A stretch of DNA of 64,000 bases from Tubulanus polymorphus (GCF_964204645.1 NC_134033.1:14950655-15014654), one strand, 5' to 3'. Numbered from the stretch's first letter, positions 1 through 12,977 are shown. Notes: a model not told the origin generated them from the letters alone. Numbers and translations are program-made.

Positions 1-210
1 TCTCAGTAAGTCCCCCTTAATTACCTCAGTAAGTCCCCTTAATTATCTCAGTAAGTCCTCTTAATTATCTCAGTAAGTCCCCCTTAATTACCTCAGAGAG
101 TCCCCTTAATTATCTCAGTAAGTCCCCTTAATTACCTCAGAGAGTCCGCTTAATTATCCCAGTAAGTCCCCTTAATTATCCCAGTAAGTCCCTTTAATTA
201 CCTCAGTACA
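1..210. repeat. Approx. 22-bp minisatellite
   Basis: Unit CTCAGTAAGTCCCCTTAATTA(T/C), next to the tetraspanin donor at 237. Confidence 0.9.
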
Positions 211-237
211 TCCCTACATTTCTTCAGTGTGACGTAC

Positions 238-997
238 CTGTCCTTTGAAAACAAATCCCGTTATTCCGGCAGCTAATTCAGCGATGAACATTAAAACCAG
301 GAATACTGAAAACTAGAAAATCAAAATAACTAAAGTTAGAATCAATGAAACAATGCACTCCTCATTAGTCTGTACTGGCATCAGACCACAATTAGGTTAG
401 TGGCTCAAAGATGCGTAGGGCCGGAGCCCAAAAATAGTACCTAGAGTGAAGTAGAGGTCCTCTATAAATGTTGCCATTATTTCTGCAAATGGGATAGGTA
501 ACGAATTTCGGTTATATGTATGAAATCCATTAGTCCTGAGATACCCCTCCTTTCTAAAGCTTTGATTATTTCAAAAGTTAGGTTGGTTATGTGGCGCGAG
601 AACCACTTCAATGCGTAGCTAAGATGCTGGCCTATGAGCCATAAGCAGGAATTCCCCTGAATTTACGCGCTTATATATGAACTAAACTCTCGAATTTCTT
701 GTTTTTACTATAGGATATAGAAGATTTTGTAGTGGTCTGAGCTCTACTGGTAAAACTGCTCACAGTTGGGTGAATTTACTAAAATCTAGTTGGAAATACA
801 TTATTTCCCTCGTTCTGAACTTGGACAGCCCCAATGCAGCAGTTTTAATGTACAGTTTACAGTGTTCTTCTGAATCAAAGTATCCTATCGAACAAAATTC
901 AACCAGAAATGTGTATCAAAACCCTTTTAATGCATCAGTTTTTGATTTAGCAGTGTATTGTTTGTTGCAGTGTATTCTTATTACTAATAAAATAATG

Positions 998-1035
<38 letters not shown>

Positions 1036-1352
1036 AATATTAGTAGTAGTTTTTATCTCAATTAAAAGATGGCAGCACCTGTCAAACATAATAAAATACT
1101 AGTAAGTAACGATACACCACACTGCTGTGTAGACGCACTTAAGTGGTAAACCTGTTATTTAACACAATAGAGTGGATTTTTTTTAAATTTTTAATTACCT
1201 CCACAGCACTTTCGGGTATTAATCAGTCAAATTTGACACGATAGTTCAATTAGTTCACCAGGGGGGTATTATTCACTCTAGATGAGTGCGAAATTAGCAT
1301 CAGGAGATTTCGTGTAAATTGATGCAGTCAGTGACGCAGTGATATTGAGAGG

Positions 1353-1386
<34 letters not shown>

Positions 1387-4245
1387 TGATTCTCTGGAGA
1401 AATGTGAATTCCAGTCACGTAGACGCAGAACAGTGAGTCACATACTAACTGCCACATAGCTGCTACTCCCACTCAATCGGTCAGAATCGTCGGATTCTAG
1501 AATTTTTTTCATGGTGGTTTCGCAACCGGACATAAATCGCGAGTCGCCCTCATTTATAAGCGCCGAGTTAACAAAACCGCGAACACACGTCGCGCGATAA
1601 ACAATAAAACATATAAATACTTAGCGCGTCACTATGGCAACAGTAAGAGACGCCGAGACTCGGGCGGTAGTTGAAATGAAATCGTGGAAATAAAACGACA
1701 CTCGAGATTGCATTTCAACAGCGCAGCTCTCGGGATAATCGCTGCTCGTTTCGAAATCACAATAAGACATTTGAAAAAAGAAAAACAGCTCCAAAAACAT
1801 TAGTAACATAAAACTAACAGCATTTTTAGAAGTCGATGAAAAGTGCTGTCAGTAACGAGCTGAAGTTTTTTCAGGAAGATTTCGTTGAAATATGAAAGAA
1901 AATTTATCTCAAATTAATCAGTAATCATTGTTGAGACCCTCGGTAACGTCATTAGTTAGGATTTGATTCAGAGTTGACACGTTGAAAACGAACTGATTTT
2001 TAACTCGAACTACTTCACAACTGTGGAACTGAATCCAGTATTTCTCACCGCGAAATCAGTGTTATTGACGAGCTGTATAACCACTAGGCAAGTGAACTAG
2101 TTCTATTGGTCTACTGGTTAGCTGTATAACCACTGACCAAGTGAACTAGTTCTATTGGTCTACTGGCAAGCTGTATAACAACTAGGCAAGTGGACTATAG
2201 TTCTATTGGTCTACTGGGTCCAGTTCCACAGTTCAGAGTTAAGATTTGACCCGAGTTAACTCATTGAAAATGAACTAATTTCAACTCAGAGTTAACTCTA
2301 ACTCACAACTGTGGAACTGGATCCTGGTTAGCTGTATAACCACTGACCAAGTGAACTAGTTCTATTAGTCTACTGGTTAGCACCCTTGCTTTCTACGTAA
2401 GACACCCGGGTTCAATTCCCAGTGAGTGCACATTATTTCACAGTCACTTCTCTTAATCATTACATCAGGAACGACAGTTGAGTTGACAGCAGTTCGGATC
2501 AAGCGATCAAAAACTCCGCAAATTACTTCCGCTGAAAAAGATGGGTTTTCAGATAAGAAGTCGCACTTACCACGTAGAGCAGAATGGAATAACCTTTAAC
2601 CGTGCAGCAACAGCCCAGTGTGCCGATGATAATAATGGCCGCCCCGATTCCGATCAGGATGTACGGGGCCTGCGGGTAGTAGGTCGTCGTCAGTTCCATG
2701 TACCGATACAAATCTAACTTCATCCATATTCCCAGAGCTAATAACGCTATACCAGTCACCTAGAAATAATACATAGTCTCAAATATTACTCTGTACCCTA
2801 TCAGGGTTCTTATAGATCAGTCATACTTGGATATAGGGAGTTTGAATCAAAGGAACAAGCCTTGAGGAAGTGTCTGCGTTGCGTTCATATCCCAATTACT
2901 ATAGACTCCTCCTAAATCAGTATTGTTTATCTCGATAAACCATTAATTCAGTGGTTTTGTAGCCTGACCAGATTTCTATCCTTAACACAACTGAATTTGG
3001 TTTATAATTCATAACTGCCTAATTGGGTAAAAACAATCCAGGTCCCAACTATAGCGATTTAGGGGTTTAGTAGTCTACTGTACAACTAAAAACTAGACAA
3101 AAATTGTTAATTACCTTTTTCTCAAAATTGAAGACGTTTCAGGCATTATAAAAGCAGTTTCAAGTACATTTGAAAGTATTTTCGATTTAGCGAGGGTTTC
3201 AACAATGTTAACAGGTACTGATTACAATTCCTCGTTTCATGTTTCAATTACAGTTTCATGAAAAACGGTTCAGTTTGAAATTGTTGCGCAAGAATCACAA
3301 TGTACATACAATCCGAATATCCCGAGGGACCGTATCGAAGTACCGCGTGTATTATCTGTTTAATCAGTCGTTGATCGCAATATCTTTGATAAAATGATAT
3401 GAGAAAAATCCCACTTGAATAGATAGCTAAAAGTTTATTCAAAAGTACTAGGTAGCAAACACCCAAAATATTTCTAATATCTTTAGTCAACTTTTAGCTA
3501 CCAATTCATTTATTGTGGGGGATTTTACTCTTATTATCCGTTGAACTCGAGGGACCATATTATCGAAGAACCATATCTGGTTAACCCGAGGGACCATATC
3601 AAAGTCAATGTATGCATCGAGTATGAAATGATATTCGACTTGAAGTCAAACAATGGGCAACACTTTCATCAAATATTTCACGCGATCAAAGTCCACATAG
3701 ATATATGAAAACTGCTGTAAGTCACGACAAATGACAAATATATCGTAGATATTAATACTTCACACGATATCATCATCGCCGCGTGGAGTATCAGCCGGTT
3801 ACCATGGTAACGTGATTCCGAAATTGCGCACACAACGCGAAACAGACACAAGTTCACTACGATAATTCACCGATAGCCTGTGAAATATAACCGCTCTCAG
3901 GGTGGAACTATAGCTGTTATTCCCATTTCGCCTTTTCCTAATTCGCCTTCAAATTAAGACAGCGTTTTGTGGATCAGATCGGACCCCAAATTTTCAAAGT
4001 GACAATCAAATAAAGCGTCATCCATTTCAAATAATCAAAATAAAAAATGCCTTACTTCGTTGGTTTGGGGTTTAAAACATGAATTACTGCCCTCTCTATT
4101 CGTGGACAGTTCAGTAATCGTAATTAGCCCATTTACGATTAATTAGGTCGTGTTTTAATTAGGTAATTCTAAAACTTACCCAGAATATGAAGTTGAAAAC
4201 CATCATTAACGTTTTCAAACATCCTATTGCTGCTTTCCCGGCCAT
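238..4245 (-). CDS. Tetraspanin, TSPAN6/7-like (first three coding exons; gene continues off the left edge)
   Basis: Exons 4245-4180 (MAGKAAIGCLKTLMMVFNFIFW), 2759-2571 (VTGIALLALGIW...IIGTLGCCCTVKG) and 312-238 (FSVFLVLMFIAELAAGITGFVFKGQ), all GT-AG, phase 0. TM1-TM3 pattern with GCC and ELAAGI motifs. Exon sizes 189/75 nt match my recollection of TSPAN6/7. Probable 5' UTR exon with donors near 4797 and 4817. Confidence 0.88.
2217..2323. mobile_element. MITE with CTG target-site duplication (PIF/Harbinger-like)
   Basis: 17-bp TIRs G(G/A)TCCAGTTCCACAGTT flanked by CTG. The empty site CTACTGGTTA is present in the neighbouring repeat unit at 2111. Related copies at 23460-23579 and about 31335-31395. 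Confidence 0.8.
2361..2430 (+). pseudogene. tRNA-derived relic or SINE head
   Basis: A-box-like TAGTCTACTGGTTAG, anticodon-arm-like CTTGC-7nt-GTAAG, B box GGTTCAATTCC. The acceptor stem does not pair. Confidence 0.5.
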
Positions 4246-5373
4246 CTCGTCTTCGTAGAAGTATCGGTTGCTCGGCTATATTCAGAAATGAATGAGAGAG
4301 ACTTAATTTTCTGCGATATTTTGCTTTTAGGACGTGTGACCTGTGAACACAAAAACCGTGCACGTGGGCTGAACCAATGAATTTATCTATAGCCCTAGCC
4401 CAGTCCCAGTATTTCGATTCGGGCAAGGAATTTCACCAACAACAAAAAGGAAATGGACGCTTTTTTCTGATTAGAAGACTAAAATCGGCAATTGTTCACA
4501 GAACTGGCAGTAAGCTCACGGCATGAAATCGATAGTTCCACAATTGATTAATGAATGACAATTAGTAGAATCCAATATCAGACCCCAGCCCATCATCAGG
4601 AGATTTTTTTCAAGAAGGGGGACCTCAAATTTTGATTCTAAAGTACTTAAAACTCCAAAAAGGCCGGAATTAGCGAAAAAGAAAACAATCTAACGTTAAA
4701 AACGCGAAGGCAAATTCCATTTCTGAATCAACTATGAAACTGATAAGTCGGTAAATTATCAATTTACGCAATTAAAAATGCGAAAAACAATTCTTACCTT
4801 CTCACTGTCGTACTCACTTCCTGGTAATCAGAGCCACCTGTCGACAATTGATGACACTAACCGGGGACAAAAAATAACACTAACATTTCCGATCCGATCA
4901 AATATTGTGAATTTGGTTTTAAATTACCAATTTTCTTAATGTGATTTTCATAAAAATATTTAATATTTGATAACAAACTTTCATTGAATTTGTAGTTGAT
5001 CTGTCAATAATTGACCGTCTCCTGGCGCCCTCTACACTGATAAATCTTCCGAAAAAGGTCCTTCTTAGTTTACCGGTCCTGTAAACTAACTACAGATACA
5101 GGCCAAATAGTCAAGGTAGAAAAGCCAAGATTTTTAGTCAACCCCTGATCTTATCTGGTTTAGTTTAATAATAAGATATCTGTCATTAATGTGTTTTGAT
5201 TCTATAATTAGATAAATAAGATTAGAGAAATTTGTGAAGATAAGATGTCTCCTTCCTGGCCCAGGCCCAGGGTCTTCTCTCCTCCCCTTCTTCTCTTTCT
5301 TCCCTTCTCCAAAATCCTCTCATTGATTGGTTCGATTTCAATCTTTTCTCGTAAATTTCAGATCGGCGACAAA

Positions 5374-7608
5374 ATGGACAAGAATAAAAAACCGGAGTCG
5401 GACGACGATGACTTCTACGAGGACGACGAACTGTTACCGACGGCGACGACGACAACAATCGACGCCGATATCAACTTCCAATGGTCAGAGATAACGTCTG
5501 AATTCGAACGCGCGAGTCGCGATCTAGAACTCGGCGAGTTGCTGCACGATGCGAACTTCGGATTATTCGAGGCGATGTCGGCCATCGAAATGATGGACCC
5601 GAAAATGGACGCGGGAATGTTGTGCAACCAGACGAAACGTAAAGTACGCAGTTTAGAACAGGCTATAGACGATAAAACGATCGCCGTGGACAACCTGACG
5701 CCCGAACAACTGATCGGAATAATGGACGCGACCTTGTGTTGTTTGGTAACGTGGTTAGAAGGTCATTCGTTGGCGCAGACGGTTTTCACTAATCTCTACC
5801 TGCACAACCCGAGTCTAATCGAGGACCGCAGTTTGAAAGCGTTCAGCGTCTGCGCGTTGAAACTCGTCGACATAATCCGCGAACGGATAAACCGCGCGCT
5901 CGTTTACGAGGAGGAAGATTTCCAGCCGATGAGCTACGGGTTCAAGATGTCGAGCGACGTTTCGGACGCGCGCGCGTGCGGCATGATCAAAGAGGTCGAG
6001 GACGAGTGGAGCCGCGCGATGAAGAACACGCGTTGTAAAGCGGGTGGCTCCGATACGCGGGACGAGCGCACGCAGACGCAGCACGAACTCTCGACGGCCG
6101 TCTACGCGAGGCTTCGATTCGTGCGTCTGTTCTTCTCGGCGATGGTCGCGTTCTCGCGCGATAAATGCGTCGGTTTAGACGACGCGGTGAAGTGTCTGAA
6201 TCAGATCGAGGATCTGTTACCGGCGATGGTGAACACGCTCGCGCTCGGTATCGTGCCGACCGAACGCTCGGCCGACGGCGACGACGACTACTCGACGCTG
6301 ATGGGATTCGAACCGTTGATCAATCAGCGTCTGCTACCGCCGACGTTCCCGCGTTACACGAAGATAAAATCGCGTGCAGAAACGATGGAGTATTTATTAG
6401 ACGTCACCGGTCGCCTTAAACTCGTCTGGCAGGTCAAAGACATCCCGAATTTACACGCGGCCCTCGAGTTCTTCATCGACTACAGTAAAACGGCGCCGTG
6501 CGTTCTGTCGCGTTCGATTTTACAACTCGTCTATCTGAGTCCGTCGCGTCGGATCCTCGGCCAGCACCTGGTCGCCGACGTGCTTCGCGACACGATACGC
6601 GCGTTCATCGCGCCGCCCGCGCTGTCGCCGAAGAACAACGCGTTGAACGGCACTCAAGCGAAGGAGTACATCGACGCGTTCCTACAACACGCCAGCCGAC
6701 CGATCTGCAGCATGCTGCAACTATGCGGTCACAACCGCGCGCGTCAACGCGATAAATGGGTCATCATTCTCGAGGAGTTATCCGGTTTACAGGACGAGGC
6801 GGATAAAGTCGACGCGTACTTACACGGCGTTTTAGTGAAATCCGAACCGAATCGGCAGCATTTAGTTTGTTTCGGAACGTGGGTTCTGTATCACACGCTA
6901 CAGACGATGATAAACTACACGTTATCGGGATTCGAGTTGGAGCTGTATTCACCTCATGAGTATCAGTACATCTACTGGTATCTGCACGAGTGTTTGTACA
7001 ACTGGTTGATATCGACGATCTCGCGCGCCGAGACGTTCGTCGTCGAGCAGCTCGAGGCGACCGCCGGCGACGCCGCGTCGCAGAAAGGCGGCCGCCAAAG
7101 CAAGAAGGCAAGCAAGAAAAAGAAGAAGACGCGTCCGATGGGGCAGGAGATCGCGATCAACCAGGCGTATCAGAGTTTGTGCACCGGTTTTTACAAGGCG
7201 GTCGTCGCGTTGAACATGGATCGCAAGATGCAGGAGGCGAAGTTCGAGTTCGACGGCGCCAAATTCGAAGAGGTGCGCTTCAACCATCGTTTCGCGCCGT
7301 TCCGCCACGTGTTGACGCCGCCCGTCATCCAGTATGGCGTCTACAAAGAGATGGCCGTACGCGAGGAAGCGGCGCCCTCTACGGCCAGCGATGTGTACAT
7401 CTCGGCGAGTAAATCGTTCCTTCACGCGCGCATGCTGCTCGAGTGTTTGACGATTCAGAGCGAGGAAGTCGAATTGTTGGTGAAGGTCGCCAAGACGAAT
7501 TTCGTCGTGATGAAACTTTGCGCCGGCGGTCACAAGAAAGACTCGACCGCAGCCGCGGAATTCGATTTCACGACTCATAGAATGTTCCCGATCATTAAAG
7601 TTAATTAA
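5374..7608 (+). CDS. NAA35: N-alpha-acetyltransferase 35, NatC auxiliary subunit (Mak10)
   Basis: Long ORF with Mak10 motifs FGLFEAMSAIEMMDPKMDAGM, WLEGHSLAQTVFTNLYLH, LLPPTFPRY, HNRARQRDK, GFELELYS. Acceptor TTTCAG at 5356-5361 precedes AAAATGG, so the ATG at 5374 is the likely start and the ORF-track extension to 5245 is probably intronic. Confidence 0.95.
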   Translation: MDKNKKPESDDDDFYEDDELLPTATTTTIDADINFQWSEITSEFERASRDLELGELLHDANFGLFEAMSAIEMMDPKMDAGMLCNQTKRKVRSLEQAIDDKTIAVDNLTPEQLIGIMDATLCCLVTWLEGHSLAQTVFTNLYLHNPSLIEDRSLKAFSVCALKLVDIIRERINRALVYEEEDFQPMSYGFKMSSDVSDARACGMIKEVEDEWSRAMKNTRCKAGGSDTRDERTQTQHELSTAVYARLRFVRLFFSAMVAFSRDKCVGLDDAVKCLNQIEDLLPAMVNTLALGIVPTERSADGDDDYSTLMGFEPLINQRLLPPTFPRYTKIKSRAETMEYLLDVTGRLKLVWQVKDIPNLHAALEFFIDYSKTAPCVLSRSILQLVYLSPSRRILGQHLVADVLRDTIRAFIAPPALSPKNNALNGTQAKEYIDAFLQHASRPICSMLQLCGHNRARQRDKWVIILEELSGLQDEADKVDAYLHGVLVKSEPNRQHLVCFGTWVLYHTLQTMINYTLSGFELELYSPHEYQYIYWYLHECLYNWLISTISRAETFVVEQLEATAGDAASQKGGRQSKKASKKKKKTRPMGQEIAINQAYQSLCTGFYKAVVALNMDRKMQEAKFEFDGAKFEEVRFNHRFAPFRHVLTPPVIQYGVYKEMAVREEAAPSTASDVYISASKSFLHARMLLECLTIQSEEVELLVKVAKTNFVVMKLCAGGHKKDSTAAAEFDFTTHRMFPIIKVN

Positions 7609-8009
7609 CGTATTATTTATTTAGTTGGATTTAATCAAATTTAACCCGCGATTCAGTTCCACATTTCTGAGTTAACATTTGACTCATATATTAAAAATGT
7701 CAGAAAATGGTCTCAAAGTAAAGTTTTCCTTCTATTTTGAATTTTTGCTGTATGCTCTTATGTCTGACTACATATTTGATAACAAACTTCATGAAGACAC
7801 TTTGTCAAAGAAGGTATTGATTACATTGCCTGTTCTAGGGTGGCTTTGTGAAACTTAGGCCCTGAAACCCGTAAAATGGAACCTTGAAAACCCGAAAAGA
7901 ACAAACATTGTAACATTGTTTTCCTCTGCGTGATGATTCAGTCCAGATTTCTGTCGAACCCGATAAAAATTTCGTCCGGTTCCAAGAAATGATGCGGAAA
8001 TAACCTCTG

Positions 8010-8147
8010 GGGCCAGTTGCATAGTCATGGCTTAGACTTAAGACCAGTCTAAGACCAACTTAGTTCTATAGCTTATCAAACAACTTAAGACCAGTCTTAA
8101 GATTTAAGACCACTTTTGGACTTAAGTCACGACTGTGCAACTGGCCC
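8010..8147. mobile_element. MITE, CTG TSD
   Basis: TIR GGGCCAGTTGCA(T/C)AGTC(A/G)TG(G/A)CTTA. Related copies near 50715-50836, 53284-53410 and 59663-59988. Confidence 0.8.
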
Positions 8148-8600
8148 CTGGTTCTAATGCAGATCCATCGATTAAACGATGAAAGAAGTCGACGAATCCC
8201 GAAATGAGAAAAGTAACAATCGATCCTTAAGTTTGTGAAGGAGATTAATAATAATATATTTAGCTACCTTTTGATAGAAACAATCCATTATAAAAACAGG
8301 TCATTAATTTGTGGTGAATTATATATTTATCCATCGTCTTTAGTCTAAAAATCAATATTATTGATCGATTAGTTTCCGGTAGAGTCGAAGCGGTGATGAA
8401 TACACGTTTCGATCTACAGAAGCCGAAAACGGTTTCGCTCAAGAAATTTTCTCCAATAATTATCCCGAGTTAAAGCGTGAAATTAAACCTTATTTCATTT
8501 CGAGCTATTTCGAATTATCGCTCGCCGTTTTTAAACCGGTAGTATTGTTGTAACGACTGTTGCCCGGTACGGAACCGCTGTGAGTGGTCATTATTTCTCG

Positions 8601-8637
<37 letters not shown>

Positions 8638-8916
8638 AAATTCGCGACGCTTTTAAATAAACTGACCCAGAATAATTCACACGTAACGCTAGTTGTTGAT
8701 TGATTATTATGCAGTTTTACTGGCTCGAGACGATGATGATATGTAATAATAGGATATTCCGTGTCTAATGCCGGGTACACGTTACTCTCATGATGGAGCA
8801 CTGATGATAATCGGTACTCTCCTCGAAGATTGATGCGGTTCAAAGATATTTGGTGCCCCTCTTGCCTCGCACCAGATCAGAGGAAATTTGTGTACCTCTA
8901 CTCGGCAAAGATATTA

Positions 8917-9258
8917 CAGTGGAACCACGTTATAACGAACTCTGATACGACGATTCATCAGATTAAACAAATAGGGATCATTCATTAATTACGTACGCAT
9001 AAAATTTGAATTTTTCAACCCCCCCTCCCTCTCTGTACGCAAAATCGGCCATTTTTTTGTATACATTAAGCATTACAGTACGCAATTGCACTGACCCCTC
9101 CCCCTCCCCTAATGCGTACGTAATAAATGAATGACCCCATATGAAATCGTGTCCCGAATTAGAGAATTTAATTATTTTCATACTGGATATAACAAACTCT
9201 CGATTATAATGAACAGATTTTCTGGTCTCCTGAAGTACGTTGTAACGAGTTTCCGCTG
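8917..9258. mobile_element. Tc1/mariner-pogo-like MITE (TA TSD) with nested MITE at 8974-9138
   Basis: Outer TA-CAGTGGAACCACGTTATAACG ... CGTTGTAACGAGTTTCCGCTG-TA. Inner element has GGG(A/G)TCATTCATT TIRs and an ATA TSD. Confidence 0.72.
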
Positions 9259-11144
9259 TAGGTGCACCTCTTAACAACAATCGCGAGATATTTGGTGTGC
9301 CCATGTAAAATGGTGTACCTCGCGGAATTGATTCGATGTGCCCCTCGTGGTGTACCCTGGGTCAGTTATAAGCTTACAGTGTTTCTATCTCAGGTAAATA
9401 ATAACCCGTTCGATTATACAGTTAGTTTACATCTGGTAGCTTACAGGCTGCGCGAGAGGGGTGGCTTTAGACGTGCTGGAGACACTTCAGCTACACTCGC
9501 GCATTTCCAACTGGCAAGCAAACAACATTAATACTCTCAGAATTGCATGAAATGCCTTTAAAATTCTGAATTTTCTGGAGGAAATCACCAACTCTCTCCA
9601 TTTTCGTGCCTAGCACTTGATGGAAGTAACATTTACAGGCTGCCAACCTCTGAAAAGGACCATCAGTAACAAACTGAATTTAATTATCAGTAACTAAATG
9701 ATCCTATCAATTAGTAATCAACAGTAAGACCCTCAGTAACATCTTTCATATTTCTGTTCAAATTAATCAGTAATCAACAGTAAGACCCTCAGTAACATCT
9801 TTCATATTTCTGTACGCTTGCAACATATTTCTTGTTATAAAATACTAACAAATACTGAAAATACTAATAGATACTGAAAATCAGGAACAGATGGCAGCTC
9901 TGCACTCCGGATTGACCTTTGGTATGGCCCCCCGTACAGTGCACCCCTCTCAACCGACTAGACACCAACCACACTGTTCTAACTGTATAATCTATAAGGC
10001 TTTTAACAAGTTGTCCCATTTAGTAGTAGTTCTATAATCAGTAGTTGTTTTTAAACATTTTCAAAGCAAACTCATAGCAGTTTCCGACCACGGTTCTACG
10101 CGCGACAGAATCCGAATTCGGTTTTTATCGAACTCGCCGCGTGTTGAATCGGGTCGTCTGCTCTCAAGACGCAATAAATATGTACGAAAACCGTAATAAT
10201 ACATTGTATTTAATGAAGAAAAAAATTAATACACATAAAATTGGTTTTTTTTTCACAATTAACAGCACTTAATATCTATCGGTAGTACAGTATGCATTTC
10301 TTGTCAACAGAATTCTTACAGATCAGTGAAAATCCGGATTTTATCTTTTTCCCTGCCGGGAGTTCGTGATAATCAGTAAAAAGATGGGGGAATATGATTG
10401 TATTTGAGTTTTCAGTGTCTTATTGTTCTTACTGGTGACGAGTGGCATGAGGAACCTCTCGACAAGAAACAGCCCTCAATGAGGATGTCTTATAATCTTA
10501 ACAGGGTATATTTGAATTTTAGGTCCCTTGATGTTCTAGCTGGTGACGAGTGGCACAAGGAACATCTCGATAAGAAACAGCCCTCACTGAGGATATCTTA
10601 TAATTTAATCAGAAAATTTTTGGTCAGGGGTCAGGGAATTATCAGGGTATCTAGGATTCCCCGATCTGTAAGAACCTGATCTTAATTCAATGATCATGAT
10701 CATGAGTCAGAGTCATTCAACTTTGATTTCTGGATATTTTGCATAAAACTCATAAAACTTTAGTCTTTACTGACAAGAAAAGCTAGTCTCACAAGAAACG
10801 AAAATTACTCCTCTCCCTCTCTCCCTCTCCCCTATCATGTAGAGTCTTTCTAGAATTGAGGTTCTTATTTTACAGGGAGAATTACTCTTTGACCGAGAAA
10901 GAGAACGTACTTTTTAACGTTTTTACTCGTACAAAAGCAAAGAGTTCATTTAGTGCGTAACAATTATTTACAAATGATGGACAGAAAATTTATGCGATAC
11001 TCTCAACAGAAAACCGTCTGAATGAGGCTGGAACAGTTCCGGATGAGGCTGGAGCAGTTGCCGTTTAACTGATCAGCCCTCCGACTAAAGCCATGGTTTG
11101 CAACAGAACGTACATTAGTCTTTAGCTGAAGTGAGCGATATCAG

Positions 11145-11290
11145 GGGCCGCAGTTGCTCAAAGGTTGGTTAAAGATAACATTGGTTTAAGATAACCGGTG
11201 GATAAATACCATAGCAACAACGGACTTTTAAATGTCACTATTTTAACTATACACTGGTTAGTTCTGACCACACTTTAGAGCAACTGGCCC
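11145..11290. mobile_element. MITE, CAG TSD
   Basis: GGGCC..AGTTGCTC / GAGCAACTGGCCC termini flanked by CAG. Related copies at 23453-23664 and about 29350-29469. Confidence 0.72.
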
Positions 11291-12779
11291 CAGCAATTTT
11301 GGTGGAGAAAGGTAGCACTTTTTAGCGAATTGCGCCCATGACAGACATTGTGACGGCCAATAATGATCTGTCAAACCGTAACAATAATCTACCGTTAAAT
11401 CACAATGTCATTCATGCACAAGGACATTGTCCAGAAGTGATGTGTGTTTGGCTTTTATTACAAATGCTGTAACAAAATGGCTAACAAGTCAAAAAGCAGC
11501 ACATTTTTGTGAAAAGCAAGCAGTTAGTTGTCCAAAAAGTCGCGCCGAGTGGACTCACTACAAACCATGGAAGCGGTGATATCGACCTGATCAGTCACTC
11601 CAACTGGAGCACCTCAGCCTCTCCGACTTTCCCCCCTCTCTATCCAGAGTCTAACACTACACGTGTATTTGCGTGAATTTAAAAATCTACGAAACGAAAA
11701 GCTTTAAAAAAAAGAACGAAAAAAAAAAAAAATTGATACTTTCTTCACATCAAAAAAACACATAAAATTCTTTACATGTTACATTATGTCGAGTTAAGAT
11801 ACCGTAACCATAGCGATGAAAAAATTATCATTGTCATATATCGTAGCAAGCGGTGAAGATAATAATGAGAATCGAATTTTTTTTTCGTTTTCGAAACGTT
11901 TGAAATGATAATTCGCCCACGTTTTCGGTTACATTGTTGCCACATTATCGTTGCCATATCAATAAATATATAACGTTAAAGCCGTTTATATCAATGAATC
12001 GAGGATAGTTTGAGGCGTTCGCGAGCCGTCAAACTAAAAACCACACAACACCATCGTAGAGACCAGGCACTCCGGATCATCTCCTCTTCGTCCGGAGCTC
12101 TCCAGAAATCCTATCGGGATTAGGCATCCACGAGCTGGAGAACTGGCTCCCAATCCGTCTCCGACACCTGGAAACACTAGATGGCGTTGCGTATCAGTTT
12201 TAAAAATATCGTTAATCGGTTAATCGTAGTCCGAGGTCAAGGTCATCATGTGTCGTCGCCATTGGTCGGGTCGCCGTCGGTTGTTTTGGAGTCGAAGAAA
12301 GACCGCACGTAAATTTCGTCGCGTCGATGATCGATTCAATCGGTGACAGAATCAGACAGGGTTCAAAATACTACTCAAAAACTAAACCACACGCTTAAAA
12401 ATTCATCATAAATTCACCTTAAATTCATCATAAATTCACCTTAAAGCCGTTGAACTTTTCTTTAACCTACAATTTTCTAACCTACAGTTTTTTTAAATGC
12501 CATTGCGGCTAATTATTACGTTTTTTTTTTTCACGAGAGACACAATTTTTTTTCTAAAAAATCAGCGATATTACACGAAGAACTGGTTTTCTTAGTAAGA
12601 GAGAAAAGAATTCTTATCTATTTACAATTTTCGGTATCACAAAAATGCGTTTTAGATTTTTATGTATGTATAAAAATATTCACAATGAGATTTTGTTTGT
12701 ACAGTTTTTACCGACTGCTTTTCTCAGCTTACAACCACGTTTATTTACTCACATGTTCTCTGCGTTCAATAAGGTAGTT

Positions 12780-12977
12780 TTCTGCGTTCATTTACTCAGT
12801 TCACTGCGTTCATTTATTCACATGTTCTCTGTGTTCAATTACTCAGTTCACTGCGTTCATTTACTCAGTTCACTGTGTTCATTTACTCAGTTCACCGAGT
12901 TCATTTACTCAGTTCACCGCGTTCATTTACTCAGTTCACCGCGTTCATTTACTCAGTTCACCGCGTTCATTTACTCA
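12780..12977. repeat. 22-bp minisatellite
   Basis: Unit CGTTCATTTACTCAGTTCAC(T/C)G. Confidence 0.85.

Noticed and set aside
2361-2430. Functional tRNA gene
   Set aside because: The acceptor stem does not pair and the T-stem has a mismatch. Treated as a relic or SINE head.
5415-7578. Antisense and alternative-frame ORFs over NAA35
   Set aside because: Expected shadows of a GC-rich CDS, with no recognisable motifs.
8730-8806. ATGATGA ... CTGA pair resembling a C/D snoRNA
   Set aside because: No convincing terminal stem, no recognisable rRNA or snRNA guide, and not in an identified intron.
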